Assembly: GCF_002113885.1 (NCBI RefSeq)
Contig: NW_018405338.1
Span: forward strand, 353,317-417,316
Reading direction: 5' to 3'
DNA: 64,000 bases
Source of the DNA: Mizuhopecten yessoensis
Lineage: Eukaryota
Shown here: in pieces, positions 25,601 through 40,600 of the stretch
How positions within the stretch are numbered: the stretch's first letter is position 1
How the letters are laid out: each line of letters opens with the position of its first letter
Notes under the pieces: model-generated
What the model was told of the DNA's origin: nothing
Databases searched by the model: none
The model's input: the letters and a program-made list of their open reading frames with translations, nothing else
Position numbers and translations under genes: made by a program

Positions 25601-28600
25601 GAAAACGTGTAATTATTACACAATGGAGCTAAAGACATTATAAACAGGATCTCATTGTAACGGCAGCTATTGCAAAAGTCCCCAAAACTACCCCTCAATC
25701 GCAATTGAGGCGAATTGAAGTCACCGGTCTGTTTGTAACCGGATATTTCACCTATATACTTAATAAAATTGAAATTGGTCAATACTTAACTTTCATCCAA
25801 TCAGAGGCCGAGGCGGCCATCTTAGAAGCGCAGCTGCATAAAGAAAGTTTTTTTTTGCACATACACATGTGGCCACCAATACTCGTTATAGTTTCGTTGA
25901 AATACGCCTGGTAGAGTCCGATATAATAAAGGACTTAATAAGCATTGCTGACATGGAACATTTGATATTGGTTCAAATGGAAAATACAATGAACGTAAAA
26001 AATACGTACGTTTCTTGCAAGCGTATCGGTGTTAAAGGTCAAAATAACGGGCGTCGTAAGGTTACTCGTGTTTGCACCGAGAAGGGACAGTGACAGGACT
26101 TCAGATGTAAAATGATGAACACCATCAGAGCTACAGAATATATATATAAGATCGAATAAATAAGTGCAAATTTTAAATGTTATAAAGCACCTTTTCGGTG
26201 CCATTTATCACTGATTTAAGATGTTATCAAAAAAGAAAAATTACAAAACTTTTCATCGAAAATTTATATATGTTATTTCTGCAACTTAGTATTACTAGGT
26301 TATGTTTTTCTTAATTTCATAGTTGATTCACCTACTTTTATTTAGAAGTGAGATTCACAGTTTTTTAATAGGCTATTCTTTCTAATTTCAAACTTGATTT
26401 ACCTATGTTCATTTTGAAGTCAGGTTCCCATTGTCTGACTGGGTCGGTTTTGTTTCTAAATTTCAGATTTATTTACCTGTTTTTATTCTGAAGTAAGGTT
26501 CCCATAGTTTTATAGAAGGCAGCGGTAAACGTAACGTTACCTGTAAACAAATGAAAATGGTGTCGATTTAAAGCACCATAGAGTTCTTTTATCAGCAATG
26601 AATCAATATTATGTCCTCGTCATAAAAACATCATTCATAGCATAACACTGATTTAAACATTTACAATAAGGTAAGCCTTTCATTCGCGTTAATTGTGATA
26701 TATACGCAATCGAGATCTAAGAGCTATTTGAGTGGTGTATAGTAATCATGGGTAAAACCTGAATATCTTGGAACAGCCAAATTTGCATTAACAAAATATA
26801 CTCTCATTATATGGAAATTGAAGAAACTCAAACTTTATAAACTTATTCCCATTTGCGAGTTCCAAATCATGTTTCCGGACCAGCAGAACGTTATTGGTTA
26901 TGTAATTCAATACATTGCATGAATATTTTAATGAAGCGCGTTTTAGAGAGTCAGATAGAATGGGAATGGGAATGGATAGTCTAGTGGTAGGACGCCGGGC
27001 TCCTGACCGAACGGTTGTGGGTTCGAGTCACAACACGTCACTGTGTTATATCTTTGAGCAAGATACTTTACTCCGCTTGTTCCAGTCTACTCAGCTGTAA
27101 ATAAGTCCGTGGTTGGGCAGTGCTAGAATTGGTGAATGATACCTGTGAGCGCCGAAATGGCAGCACCGGCTGTATGCTCCCCATGGAGTTGAGAAAGGTA
27201 TTGGCTGATTGCAAAGGCTCTATAACCACGGATATTAATTTGTGAACCGCTTTGAGACGACCTACGAACTAGGTGTGATAAAGCGGTATACAAGAACCTC
27301 GTATTATTATCATTATTATTATTTATAAATGGGATATTGGGGTTCCGTTACTGTGCTCAATGAAGCAATAGCACAGCAGTATCTTTTTACCGAATAAAAG
27401 AAAACATCGTGAGGTGCATGTATATCTATCAATTGAAATAAAACAGACATTGCTCTTACGTCACAATGAATCATAATCTCGAATTATTATTATTATTATT
27501 ATTAAGACATTCACACTAACACATGTGATATTTTTGATTTTTTTTTTTTGCGTGAATTCGTGACGTTACAGTTTTATTCATATAGAAAATTATGTATTTA
27601 GAAAACCATTAATAAACTGTATAACAGAGTATATGATAAAAAAATACTTACACACCAAGTGACTCAGGCTTAAACATCACATTCACAATCCCGACCTTTT
27701 TATGTGATACTCACCGAAACTGTTGCTGGTCAGATTCAACTCTATACCGGATGATGTGTTGTTTGGTTTAAATGCAATTTTGGGCTTTTCTGTTCTCTCA
27801 ATTTTTATAACTGAAGTATAAAACAGTAAAATCATTGAAATCAAAATACGAAACATAGAAAGAAATAATTTATTTCCTTTTTCCATTTCAAGATCGTTGT
27901 AATTACCACTGTACAAAATTACCTCTCCTGTACCTGCTATCGGTTTTATTCCCCCTCCCCAGTCATTGCTTTATTTGTTGTCGATAACTTAATACATGTA
28001 GTTTGAAATATCATCGGATAACTTGTCAAAATGTTTATGTTTGCTCAAAACCCATATAAAATAATTGCTAACTTAACAAATATAAATATTATCTAACCAT
28101 CACTCATTATGATAACATCAAAATAGACCCAAAAAAGCATGTAATCTATGCCTTTTAAGGCGACAAACCCACGACCTCTGGTTTACGCTGACGCTCTACC
28201 AAATGAGCCAAAGAAATACTTTTCTAGCCGAATCAGTAGGAAACATCTAGACTTTTGCCAGCGTCACATACACCCCTCCTCCTATCATCCTCTAGGAATG
28301 AACGTATCCCGAGATTGCCAAGGGCGATAGCGGGTAATATGAACAAAAATCGCTCAGTTCTTTTGTCAATATTTCCCGGATACATTTCATGGGCGCCAAT
28401 GCAATTTAGTAATACAAAAAATATCTTGAAATAAATACGTAAAAATACACAATACCATCACCACAAAAAAACGAAAAACCAAAATACGTAATTAAAAAAG
28501 CATAGAAAACATCTGTATTGCACCGTATGGCCATTCGTCTATTGAGGGATCAGGAAAACATCAGAAACCAGGGATACATGCAAAAAAACGAGATATCTAG

Positions 28601-31600
28601 TGGTCCCATTAGAGCACATGATTCAATATTATGTTCTCTGAAAGGTTATCTCCCCCATGACACCCATCTACCTATGTTAAGGATCCCTGTACGTACCTCC
28701 TTGATACCCCAGGGGTTACGCTCACTTTCGCTCTCTGCACCCATGGAATAAGTCATGGCAAAATTGAAGGCACGAGGCTAGCTATTTGATTGCTCTCAGG
28801 TAAAATAACCTGACCAATCACTATGCTGATAACTGTCCTTTGAAGATTACAGAGGAGCTACACCCGACTTTAAAGCCAGTCAAGTAAACCGTTACGCAAC
28901 CAAAGAACCAAACTAGTCTTTTCGTCTCATCCAAAAGGTTGCGCACACTGAGTGAACCTTCAAAATTGCTATGCCATATTCTAGGGGTGCAGAGAGCGAA
29001 AGTGAGCGTAACTCATGTAGTATCGCGAACGCTGTACATACTGTATAGTCAGGGTTTTTTTGTGAGAGGAGGGGGGGGGACTATCAGAAATATTTATTTA
29101 CCTATATTGGATTTAACAAGATTTATCGGTTTTCCAGTATCAATGTTTTTCGCGACAGCCGCGCCGAATTTTTCTACTGTTGCTAGCAAACTACCGGCAC
29201 CTGATGGCGAAGAAGTGATGCTGTTCTACAAACAAAATCAAACAAATAAATTGGTTTGCAATATGCAGATAATGTGCACAAAATTTCCCGATTGATTTCA
29301 TCTCAATAAAAGTATAAGACATCCACTCTCGTCATCAAAACATAACTCTTTTAGACTGTTTTTTTATCAACATAATATTTTGGAAAATCCGCAAATGAAG
29401 CATGCGGTCCTACTATTATTGTTCTTAATTGTTATTTCCGTTTAGTTATCTATAACATTCGACAAAATTATATTTTAAGCTGATCACTGAACTTTTATTT
29501 TAATTGTTTTAATTTTTTTTCACTTTTGCTTCTTTAATAATATTTTTTCAATGTGTATGTTGATATGCTCTGTTCTCACTATTAGCACTGAAGATTTTAA
29601 CATGAGCACAAATGATTTTAACATGAGCACAAAAGATTTTAATATGAGCACAAATGATTTTAACATGAGCACAAATGATTTGAACATGAGCACAAAAAAC
29701 TAAACATTAGCACTGTAGATTTTTACATTAGCGCAAAGGATTTCAACATTAGCACAAAAGATTTTAACATGATCACTATAGATTTAAACGTTAAGCACAA
29801 AAGATTTTAACATTATCACAAAGGAACAAAAGACACCAAGAAGAGTAGATTTCCTTTAACTTTAACTTCAGCTTTCGCGTTACATTATAAGTTGTAGGTC
29901 GCTTTTCATTCCTCTTGTGCTTTATTTCTTTGCCCGTTCCTTGTATTCATAATTAATTTTCCTTTTAATGAAATATATACCCCACTGTCTTCGTCATTCA
30001 CTTGCGTCCATGCGTCTTCGTTTTTCTCTGACAGCATATCATCAATGATTCCTACGAAGTTCTTCCGACAGAAGTAAAGAAAAACATCAATTGATGTAAA
30101 TATATATAAATGTACTTCAATTATATACAGGTAGAATCTACAGTATCACTTAAATTTATTACAAGTTTTTCTTTCTTTCCTCTGGACTTTGAAAGTATAT
30201 AGAGATGTGATGAGATTTGTTTTATGTTATAACTTTCCATGTATAATTTTATTGCATGTTCGTTTTGAGTTTTTACACTGATCGCTGTTTTCCCGTTGAA
30301 AATGGTTCTGAAATCTATATTCTGTATACGGCTTTAATTTCGCGGGGTCAATATTTCGTATTCAGTACATATTTCGCTGTGCACCCAAATCCCATGTGCC
30401 GTGCAAAGTATTTTGACTGTCATCATTTAAGGGTTAAACCTCAAAATATAGGTAAACCGTTTGAAAACACTGATCCCGAGCGTCGTCATCCGCCAGTGAC
30501 TTCACTCGAAAGAAAATCAAACGTGTATGTACCTTTGTAGGAGTAAACTGTTATCAATTATACTGTGGCTACTTCGCGGATATTTGTCAAAACGCAAATA
30601 TAGCGAAATTAAACCCCTGCGAAATATAACCGTTATATATCTATAATACATGTAATCTATGAATATATATTCGCGTTCGTATATTTTCACGCTAATTTAC
30701 CCAACGTTGAAAATGCGAATGTTTCCACACCGCGAAAATTTCCACTTATACAGTATTCGGTTTTTTAAAAAGAAACATACCTCTTGCACATTCTCATCCA
30801 CAAGAATTTTACTAGTATTGGAGCTGCTAAGGTTGATCATTGTGTTTAAGACAGTAGTCGTTTTCTTAAGATTACCCGAAGATATCGACTTCGAACTGGT
30901 GCCCTCTGCAGTAGCTACATTTTTTATACTATCTAACACAACTTTTATCACTTCCTTTTTCTCCTCTTCGGATCGTCCTTTGATATCTTCAAGCTACAAA
31001 ATTGAATCATACGAAATTGTATATTTGGTCAATTTGTACAATAATGAATAAATGTAATTTTCCAACGAGTCGTGAAAGTTATCAACGACAGACATTTGAA
31101 ATGTTGGTAGCCTAACCATGCTTTATATACAAAATGTAATAATGTAATTAATAAATTACTTTTAAAGGTTCGGAGAAATCATTTCTAAACTTTCCTTAAA
31201 TAAATATTATTATACAGTATCATCTTTCAAATCATGGATATAAATCTGAAGAAAAACCGTAATGAATTGATAAAACACGTTAGAGTAAATTACATTGATA
31301 TTCTATTGTGATAAATTGTTTGCTTGAGTTTAGAACGATGAAGTATGAATATTAAATATGGCCACTGCCAAGGAATGGTATATTCTGATAAGTGAACTAA
31401 TGTTAAGCATGTTGCTATTACAATGAGATTAGTTTTGAAAACACCACATCACGCTTGAAAAATCAAACGCTACAAAAATACTGAAGAAACGGATAACACT
31501 TAGGTATGGCAATATACTTCGTTACAAAGTTCTTTTTGCTGTTGTGAATGTGACTTCAAGCTACTTACCCATCGCCATATTCAATTTGCATTGCTGACTC

Positions 31601-34600
31601 TAACTTACATATTCATTTTAACTGAAAGCGTGGTAGCATCAAATGACGTCATTGCCGCTGATAATGACGCTTTGGAGGCCAAATAGCATGCATTCAACAA
31701 CAACGTCAGTATGAACCAATACAGACAATGCTGCATTAAAATACGTTTTTATTTATTTTTGAATTATGATATAAAATTGGCAAGGTACAATTGAATGTGG
31801 ATTTAACCAAGAACGTTCGAATGCTTGTATATGCATGTTTTAGACATGACAATGAATACTTAGATGACAACAAGTTTGATAACGAAAGAAATTCGTTTCA
31901 CTATCATGGTCTAAAAACACATCCGAACAGTTCTGAAATGTTTACTTGATACACTGGTGATAAGGACCTAGAATGCCTTTAAAGAAACATTTAAGATACA
32001 GGAATACTCAACTATTAAGCTTGCCTGCTGATATTTTAATTCAAAATTTAATTATTGATTATTATGTTGTATTTCAGTCATAGTTCCCTCACATCTTAAA
32101 ACATGAAACACACATACTGAAAAGCATTGCTGCAAATCACTTTTTTTGAAATCACTTTTTTTTGCGAGATAATATTTTCCCATTCAGATGCAAATTCAAA
32201 CACCTCCAAAACATTTATCAATGACAAAAATGACGTTGTTGTTTCTATTGATCGCAAAATGAAATATCCCACATATGTATCAATAACAAAATAAGTAATA
32301 CCTAATTTAAAGGGTTATCGATTTTTACCGGAAATTTCTTGTTACTGACCCATTAAAAGATTGATACGATTCCGTCTGGTTTGCTGGATATACTGACTAC
32401 ATACCTTCTCAGTTGCCTCTTCGAGTTCCTTTCTAACACATTTGATCATATTTGTAATACCCCAGTTCCCATCAGCTTCACAACGACGTGTTGCTATTCC
32501 TATAATTATAATCAACAAAGTTTTCGTTATTACAAATTTGAAAGACAAGAAAATTCAATTTTGGCCCCAAAATTACTTAATAGATTTCGTTATTACCTAT
32601 TTTAAGGTAAACTAAATCGGTGTTAAAGTGACCTTACTAATAAAACAAAAAAATCATGATTTCTTTCTCTCTTTCTTTTCTTAATTAGTGTTAAGATATT
32701 TCTGTTGCTGAAACAATGAGGTATCATTTAACTCCAATCCACATTCAATACGTGTTGTTATATGCCTTGATTATTCGAAGTTATTAATAGCTTAAAGCGC
32801 CTAAGAGTAATTTTACAAATTATATTGGGCGCTATGTAAATGTTGTATATGATTATGTATTACTATAGCTTACAATTGTATACCTCCTACATGTTGTTAA
32901 TTCTTCTTTAGATGTGCTTACCGATGTTCGGGGCAGGACATGTCTTTTTCAGAGTGTAACTCGCTGGAGTTTCTTCCCATATAATCCCTTGATTATCCTT
33001 CTCTTCATGGCAAACATCGATTGTTGCTAAAAGAAAGTTTAGGAAAACTTAACAAATGTGTATAACATCGTCCAAACAACGAGGATAGAATTAGGCCTTA
33101 GCCTCGACATGAAGAAAAAGAATAGGAACTGATGAGCTTTCTATGTAGAACAAATAACGTCATAACCGCCATCTTAGGTAAGCATTAACTGCACCACTCG
33201 TACTGAAATAGCCTTTCAATAACACCAACTACATAAAAATGCGGTGAAAAAAATCTTAAATCAATTTAGTCACTAAAATCACAAAACTACAAAACTACAA
33301 AGAAAAAAAACAAAAGAAGAAAATGCTGACTAAGTAGCTTATCGATCAAATGGACGCATAATTAATTAAATCAAATGAAGAAGAGACTCTAGAGAGTGAA
33401 ACAACACTAATATTTTAATACTAATGAAGGCCAAGGTTCTGTTCATAATCTTTAAATTGTAATCATCCTTCTTTTCTGCTTTTTCTCCAATGAGAAGACA
33501 AATATTTCTTTACTTCGGAGAAGTTATGGAGAGAAGAAAGGGGTGATTTTAGTTCCATGACCTAAAGGATTAGTTTGATTTCAGTAGTTTTTGCAGAGAT
33601 TGTAGGATTCGTGAATGAAACATTAGTTTATTAACATATTTGCAGTATCGGCTAGTAATGGAACTCATCCAAATTCAATCGTTTCAATCAATTCCGATCG
33701 TTAGATTATAATAGAGGAATTCCAGCCATGTGGTCAGGAATATTTTTTTCTACAAACGTAATATCCTCATCTCCGAACAAGAAGTTAACAAATTGAAAAA
33801 GAAATTAAAATTAGTTTAGTAATTAAACCATACCAATATAAATATTTCCTAGTTGAAATTTACAACTGAAATGTACATTTATCAATGTGTCAATGAGGCC
33901 AAGTATTGCAAGGAAACCAGGGTTGTCAAATGTTAAATGATGTCGCCGTTATGGCATTATTATTCAGACCAAACTAAGGCAAAAAAGCAAAGTGTAAGTT
34001 TAGCAAGTTTGCCTAGAGAAAGTGACACACTAACACAATATCAATTTATCGACTAACAGACGGATACAGGACCAGATGTCAGTAAGCAACACAATGCATT
34101 ACCGGAGGTAACCATTTCGTATAGAAATTGGTAAAAAGCAATCAAAACTTATCGGCCCTTGCATGGGTATTATTTCTGTGTAGTTCTGTGATGATGAAAC
34201 GCAACACTAATTAAACGTCTTCACAAAGGGATGGGCGGACAGACGAACGGACGGTCTGTGTTTGCAAAGTAAATGAAACATTACCATGACGTCATAAATA
34301 CTCACCACATTGTGTCGTCTTTAACTTTTTAAGTTGGTTATATGTGAAAATTGATTATATCGCCCGAACGGCATCAATGACCTACCTGTATTCGTGCTCT
34401 AGCAACCTGATAGTCCTCTATGCCTTTTGAATTACTTACAATAACAACCTAACACATGCATGTTCATATGACCCCGAAATAAACATACATCGTGTGTCAT
34501 CATCATTGCAACGGAATCACTGATGAGGGAATGGGGACGTGATCTGATATGATCATGTGATAAGTGTCTGCTGCAGAAAAACTAAAAAGACAACTAAAGA

Positions 34601-37600
34601 ATTGCGTGAATAAATAAGCTTCACCAAATGAAATTATACAAACACAAGCAATATTCATAATTTATCAAGGTTCCAAATGAGCATAGGGTCCAACATTTTA
34701 AAATTTAAATAAAAAAACACTTTGTTGTAAGACCTGTCATCGATTATATTTTTTTACATTATAATCACACATATGGTCCTTGTATATGATGCAATTAGGT
34801 CTTAAATATTCAAAGGCAACCTGCCGGTCTGTGTTCAAATGGTCTAATTCAAAAATGCAATAAGCATGAAGTTATTAATCCTTTCTGCATCAGAGATATC
34901 AAATCATCATATTTACATGATACATCTCATGCCATTATGGCCTCAGGATATTAAATCACCAGCGTCAGTGGTATAACGTCATTATTTCATCAGTGATATT
35001 ACGTCATTATTTATCAGTGTTATTACGTCATTATTTCATCAGTGATATTAAGTCAGTATAGCCATAGTGATATTACGTCAGTAATATTTCGTCAATAAAT
35101 ATTATGAATGACCATTATTGAATTAGTGATATTACGTCATTATTGCATAAGTAATATTACGTTATTATTGCATGAGTGATTTTACGTCCTTACTGTATTA
35201 GTGATATTACGTCATTACTACATCAGTGATATAACGTCATTACAGCCTCGGTGATATAACGTCATTGCATCAGTGATATTACGTCATTACTACATCGGTG
35301 ATATTACGTCATTACAGCCCTGGTGATATTACGTCATTAATCACATTACGACAATAGTTTTACATCATTTATATTGCATCAACATTATTACATCAATTTT
35401 ATCCATATATTGCATTAGTGTTATTACGTCATTATTGCATCGCTGATATTACGTAATTTTTATATTTATGACATTTAGTCATTATTTCAATAGTTACATT
35501 ACAAAATATCAAAACATTGCATTAGTGATATTCATATACAAAATAAATATATTTCATCAATTAATTAATTAAGGTCAAAATTATCATCCATAAACAATGT
35601 TTCTTGCTTTGGAATTATTTTATAAGAAAGAACGTAAAGCAGAACATATCGTTGATTTATTGCATTTAATTCATTAAATCATATGGCAATTAAACGTTAC
35701 GTCCATGACAAATAAATCTACGTACCTGCTTTACTATAGACATGTATGCTGCTGGTTTGATTCAAACACTTATATGGACTTGTTCGGCACAATCGACATT
35801 GGTAATCCCCATTGTCGGAGGTTTTAACGCTCGAAATGGACAATAGTGACCCTGACACTGTGTGTGATGTCTCTGAAAAACAACACACAATCACAAATCA
35901 ATCTCGATATCATCACCAGGTGTATTGGTCCGAAAGGAAACTAACGTCGCCTATTAAATTAATTCTATTCATATTTGTTTTAACGTGATATGTTCATCCA
36001 AATTTAAAACTCAAATACTTTTCTACCTCATCATTTTATTTTTCACTTATTTTTATATATATATATTATTGAGCTTATTATGTCATTATACCGGTGCACC
36101 TATTAATGATTACAATGCTTTTGTATTCGACGATTGCAAGATCCTCTACTGATCCGTCAGAGATATTTGGGGACGCTAAGCATTTAATGTACTACATTCT
36201 TTCAAAGTATCCTCAAAATCAAAAGAGTTTAAATTCTGTCGGTATGTTTTAATTTTTTTATTTCCCATACTCAACGTTACAAAGAGTAAGATTATAGATC
36301 TTACTGGACTATCACAAGATGAGTAAAGATGAAATAACATTACCTGTCATTTTTTTAGAGTTTTCAAGGTACCAGTTGAATTTCCATTCAGTCATGTTGA
36401 TTTCGGCCGCGTTGCTAATGTTACAAACCATGCTGACCTTTTGACCTTCCTCTAATGCGTGAGAAAGAGGAGAAATGGTCAAAATCGGTAAAGGCCGAAC
36501 CGTCACACTAAACGTTATGTTTAGATCACCAAGACCGCAAATAATGTTTCCTGTAAGCAAAATAACTCTTTATTACCACATTTTGTTTGAAACACAGTTA
36601 TTTGGAGATAACGTGTCACCAATGGTTATACACAATAATGAATTAAGAAAGCAATATACATTACATTAAAAGGTTGTTTTTTCTTCATGAGATGTTTCCC
36701 TCTATCTTTACTAACTACATTATCAACAGGAACAGCTTACTACTAAGCTGTACGAAGGGCGGGTCGATTTAAATTTTTCCTATCGTGACCTTTCCCGTTC
36801 TTTATAGTAACATCCCTACTTCCCCCACCAACTGTGTCTACATGTCACAATTAATTCGGTATTCAAGAGTTTGCTCTAAATATCATGATCTGTTATAGAT
36901 ATTGACTGCTGAAAGACAAACTTATAACAGAGGGTTTCAAGAGATGCAGGCTGATGATGAACATTGTTTGTTTTTTTTTTTATCAATTTCCAGTTATCTC
37001 ATTAGGAAATATTTTATTTTCATTTATGACATGAATGTCAATGTTTTTTATTATGCTCATTAGTACTGTGCTTTGTTGTTACGTTGTCAGCACTCCAGTT
37101 CTAGCTTTGAAGACGAGATTTAAATTTGCAAGGCAAGTGTCATCGATTAATAAAAGACGCTTACCTTTCTGGAAACCGGGTCTTATTCTCCTTCTACTTT
37201 TTCAATATTTTAATGCAATTATTTCCTTTGATCATAGTTTTGCCTTTGTTTTATCGTTCAGTTGACGGTTTTGTTGACTCTATACAATTTTTATTGTTTT
37301 TATCACACGTTAATATCAATGAAAATAATTATTTTTGAATTACTCTTAATATCATTTAGTAATTGTAATTGAGTCACTGTTGCAGATTACTTATAAATGT
37401 TTCTTGTTGACTCAAGCGTTTTACCTTCGTCTCTTAGGTACAAAGGATGAATATCCATCCTCGACTGTTTCCCGATACCATCGTCATTGTGTGTGATCGT
37501 GATCTTTGAGCTGTTTATATTACTGACATAGTTTCCTATTCTCCATTTAATATCGCCGCAGCTTCCTTGTGTGTTAAACTTACAGGTCAATGTCAGAGTA

Positions 37601-40600
37601 CTCCCTTCCTCTTGTGACACATTTTGTCGCAATTCTGTCGTATTAGCTGTGCAACCTGAAAATCGAAATAAATCAAATTGATCTTCAATAAGATTCATCA
37701 GTACTGAAATATGTGAAAAAGTATGTAGCTTTTACTTTCTACATAAACAATGTCCGTTTCTAAACTGTACAACCTGAAACATGAAATAAATGAAATGAGT
37801 CGTCAGTAAGATTCATTAGTATGGAAATATGTAATATTAAAGTTTTACTTTGTACACAAACAATGTACGTATTAACAGTGTCTCAACGTTTCAAGTCCGT
37901 CTGATCCCTTTGTCAAGATATGACTTAGTGAGCGATTTATATTGTTTACCTGTACAGCAATGTGACGAAATTGCATATTTCATAAGTCACTTGACCTGGG
38001 ACGTTTTGCCTAGCGATAGAGAGTGTAAACACACTGAATCGAATAGGTTACGAGTCGAGTGACATATGAAATATACCGTTTACTTTGGACATACTTTTTG
38101 AATAAAGTGTTCAATGTTATATGGTAATAAAAATTTGACTGAAAACAGGTATGGACCTGTTCACCTGCACACTGCTTCGAACGATAAATGTGTTTCTTAT
38201 TTATCTCCAGGGCCAAGTTCATTTACAGGTTCATATCGTACACAGTGTCCAATATAGTATACGCTATAGTTTGCTTTTCGTGACAACAAGATATTTGAAA
38301 GGCATGTATCTTTTAAATCGATATGTATGAATCTTTTCCGCTCTGCACGATCTGGTTGTAGAGAGCAACACTCCTGTCAAACAGATTTAATAAAAACCGA
38401 CTCTGTGTAAGTCGAGTCTTCACAGATAAATAATTTCTATCGATCTAAATGATATTTTTGCAGAAACAATCGTGTTTATTGTTCATCAACCATCTTACAA
38501 ATAACAGAAACTAAATCAGTACAGATACAGATAGATCATATAAATGCTACTGTCTACTTCCTCCATCATGTTCCCGTTCTAAGAAGAGAATTTAATTCTG
38601 CACGTACCTTGTGTGGTGCTTTCCAGGGCTTGTGTTGTAAAATCCGTCGATGTCTCAGATAAGGAGGTCGTTCGGAAGTTAGTTGTTGTGGGTGTTGTTG
38701 GTGGTGTTGTTGTTGTGGGTTTTGTTGTTGTGGTTGTTGTTGTTGTGGGAGTTGTTGAAGTGGGTGTTTTTGGAGTGGGTGTTGTAATATTGGATGTTTT
38801 TGTTGCTGCGGGTGGTGTTGTTTTGGGTGTTGTTGGGGGTGTTGTTGTTGTGGGTGTTGTTGAAGTGGGTGTTGTTGATGTGGGTGTTGTTGTTGTGGGT
38901 GTTGTTGAAGTGTGTGTTTTTGGAGTGGGTGTTGTAATATTGGATGTTTTTGTTGTTGCGGGTGGTGTTGTTGAGGGTGTTGTTGTTGTGGGTGTTGGTG
39001 GTGGTGGTGTTGTAGTGGGTGTTGTTGTTGTGGGTGTTGTTGTTGGGGGTGTTGTTGTTGTGGGTGTTGTTGAAGTGGGTGTTGTTGATGTGGGTGTTGT
39101 TGTTGTGGGTGTTGTTGAAGTGGGTGTTGTAATATTGGATGTTTCTGTTGTTGCGGGTGGTGTTGTTGAGGGTGTTGTTGTTGTGGGTGTTGTTGAAGTG
39201 GGTGTTTTTGGAGTGGGTGTTGTAATATTGGATGTTTTTGTTGTACTGGGTGTTGTTGTTGTGGGTGTTGTTGAAGTGGATGTTGTTGGAGTGGGTGTTG
39301 TTGGAGTGGGTGTTGTAGTGGGTGTTGTTGTTGTGGGTGTTGTTGTTGTGGGTGTTTTTGGTGGTGGTGTTTTAGTGGGTGTTGTTGTTGTAGGTGTTGT
39401 TGTTGTGGGTGTTGTTGAAGTGGATGTTGTTGTGGTGGGTGTTGTTGTTGTGGGTTTTGTTGTTGTGGGTATTGTTGAAGTGGGTGTTATTGTAGTGGGT
39501 GTTGTTGTTGTGGGTGTTGTTGTTGGGGGTGTTGTTGTAGTTGGTGTTGTTGTTGTGGGTGTTGTTGTAGTGCGTGTTGTTGAAGTGGGTGTTATTGTAG
39601 TGGGTGTTGTTGTAGTGGGTGCTGTTGTAGTGGGTGTTGTTTTAGTGGGTGTTGTTATTGTGGGTGTTTTTGTTTTTGTTGTTGTGTGTGTTGTTGTTGT
39701 GGGTTTTGTTGAAGTGGGTGTTGTTGTTGAGGGTGTTGTTGTTGTGGGTGTTGTTGAAGTGGGTGTTTTTGGAGTGGGTGTTGTAATATTGGATGTTTTT
39801 GTTGTTGCGGGTGGTGTTGTTGTGGGTGTTGTTGAAGTGGATGATGTTGGAGTGGGTGTTGTTGGAGTGGGTGTTGTTGTTGTGGGTGTTGTTGTAGTGG
39901 GTGTTGTTGTTGTGGGTGTTGTTGTTGGTGTTGTTTTAGTGGGTGTTGTTGTTGTGGGTGTTGTTGGAGTGGGTCTTGTAGTGGGTGTTGTCGGAGTGGG
40001 TGTTGTTGTAGGGGGTGTTGTTGTGGGTGTTGTTGGAGTGGGTGTTGTTGTTGTGGGTGTTGTTGTTGTGGGTGTTTTTGGTGGTGGTGTTTTAGTGGGT
40101 GTTGTTGTTGTAGGTGTTGTTGAAGTGGATGTTGTTGTAGTGGGTGTTGTTGTTGTGGGTTTTGTTGTTGTGGGTATTGTTGAAGTGGGTGTTATTGTAG
40201 TGGGTGTTGTTGTTATGGTTGTTGTTTTAGTAGGTGTTGTTGTAATTGGTGTTGTTGTTGTGGGTGTTGTTGTAGTGCGTGTTGTTGAAGTGGGTGTTAT
40301 TGTAGTGGGTGTTGTTGTAGTGGGTGCTGTTGTAGTGGGTGTTGTTTTAGTGGGTGTTGTTATTGTGGGTGTTTTTGTTTTTGTTGCTGAGGATGTTGTT
40401 GTTGTGGGTGTTATTGTAGTGGGTGTTGTTGTTGTGGGTGTTGTTGAAGTGGGTGTTGTTGTAGTGGGTGTTGTTGAAGTTGGTGTTGTTTCAGTGGGTG
40501 TTGTTGTGGTGGGTGTTGTTTTTGTGGGTGTTGTTGGAGTGGGTGTTGTTGGAGTTGGTTTTGTTGTTGTGGATGTTGTTGTTGTGGGTGTTATTGTAGT

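Noticed and set aside
34300-34575. Possible extra aGPCR-B exon between Ig2 and HRM (GTGAGT donor at ~34305)
   Set aside because: I found no convincing open frame or domain similarity, and exon 35726 joins 33026 in phase without it.
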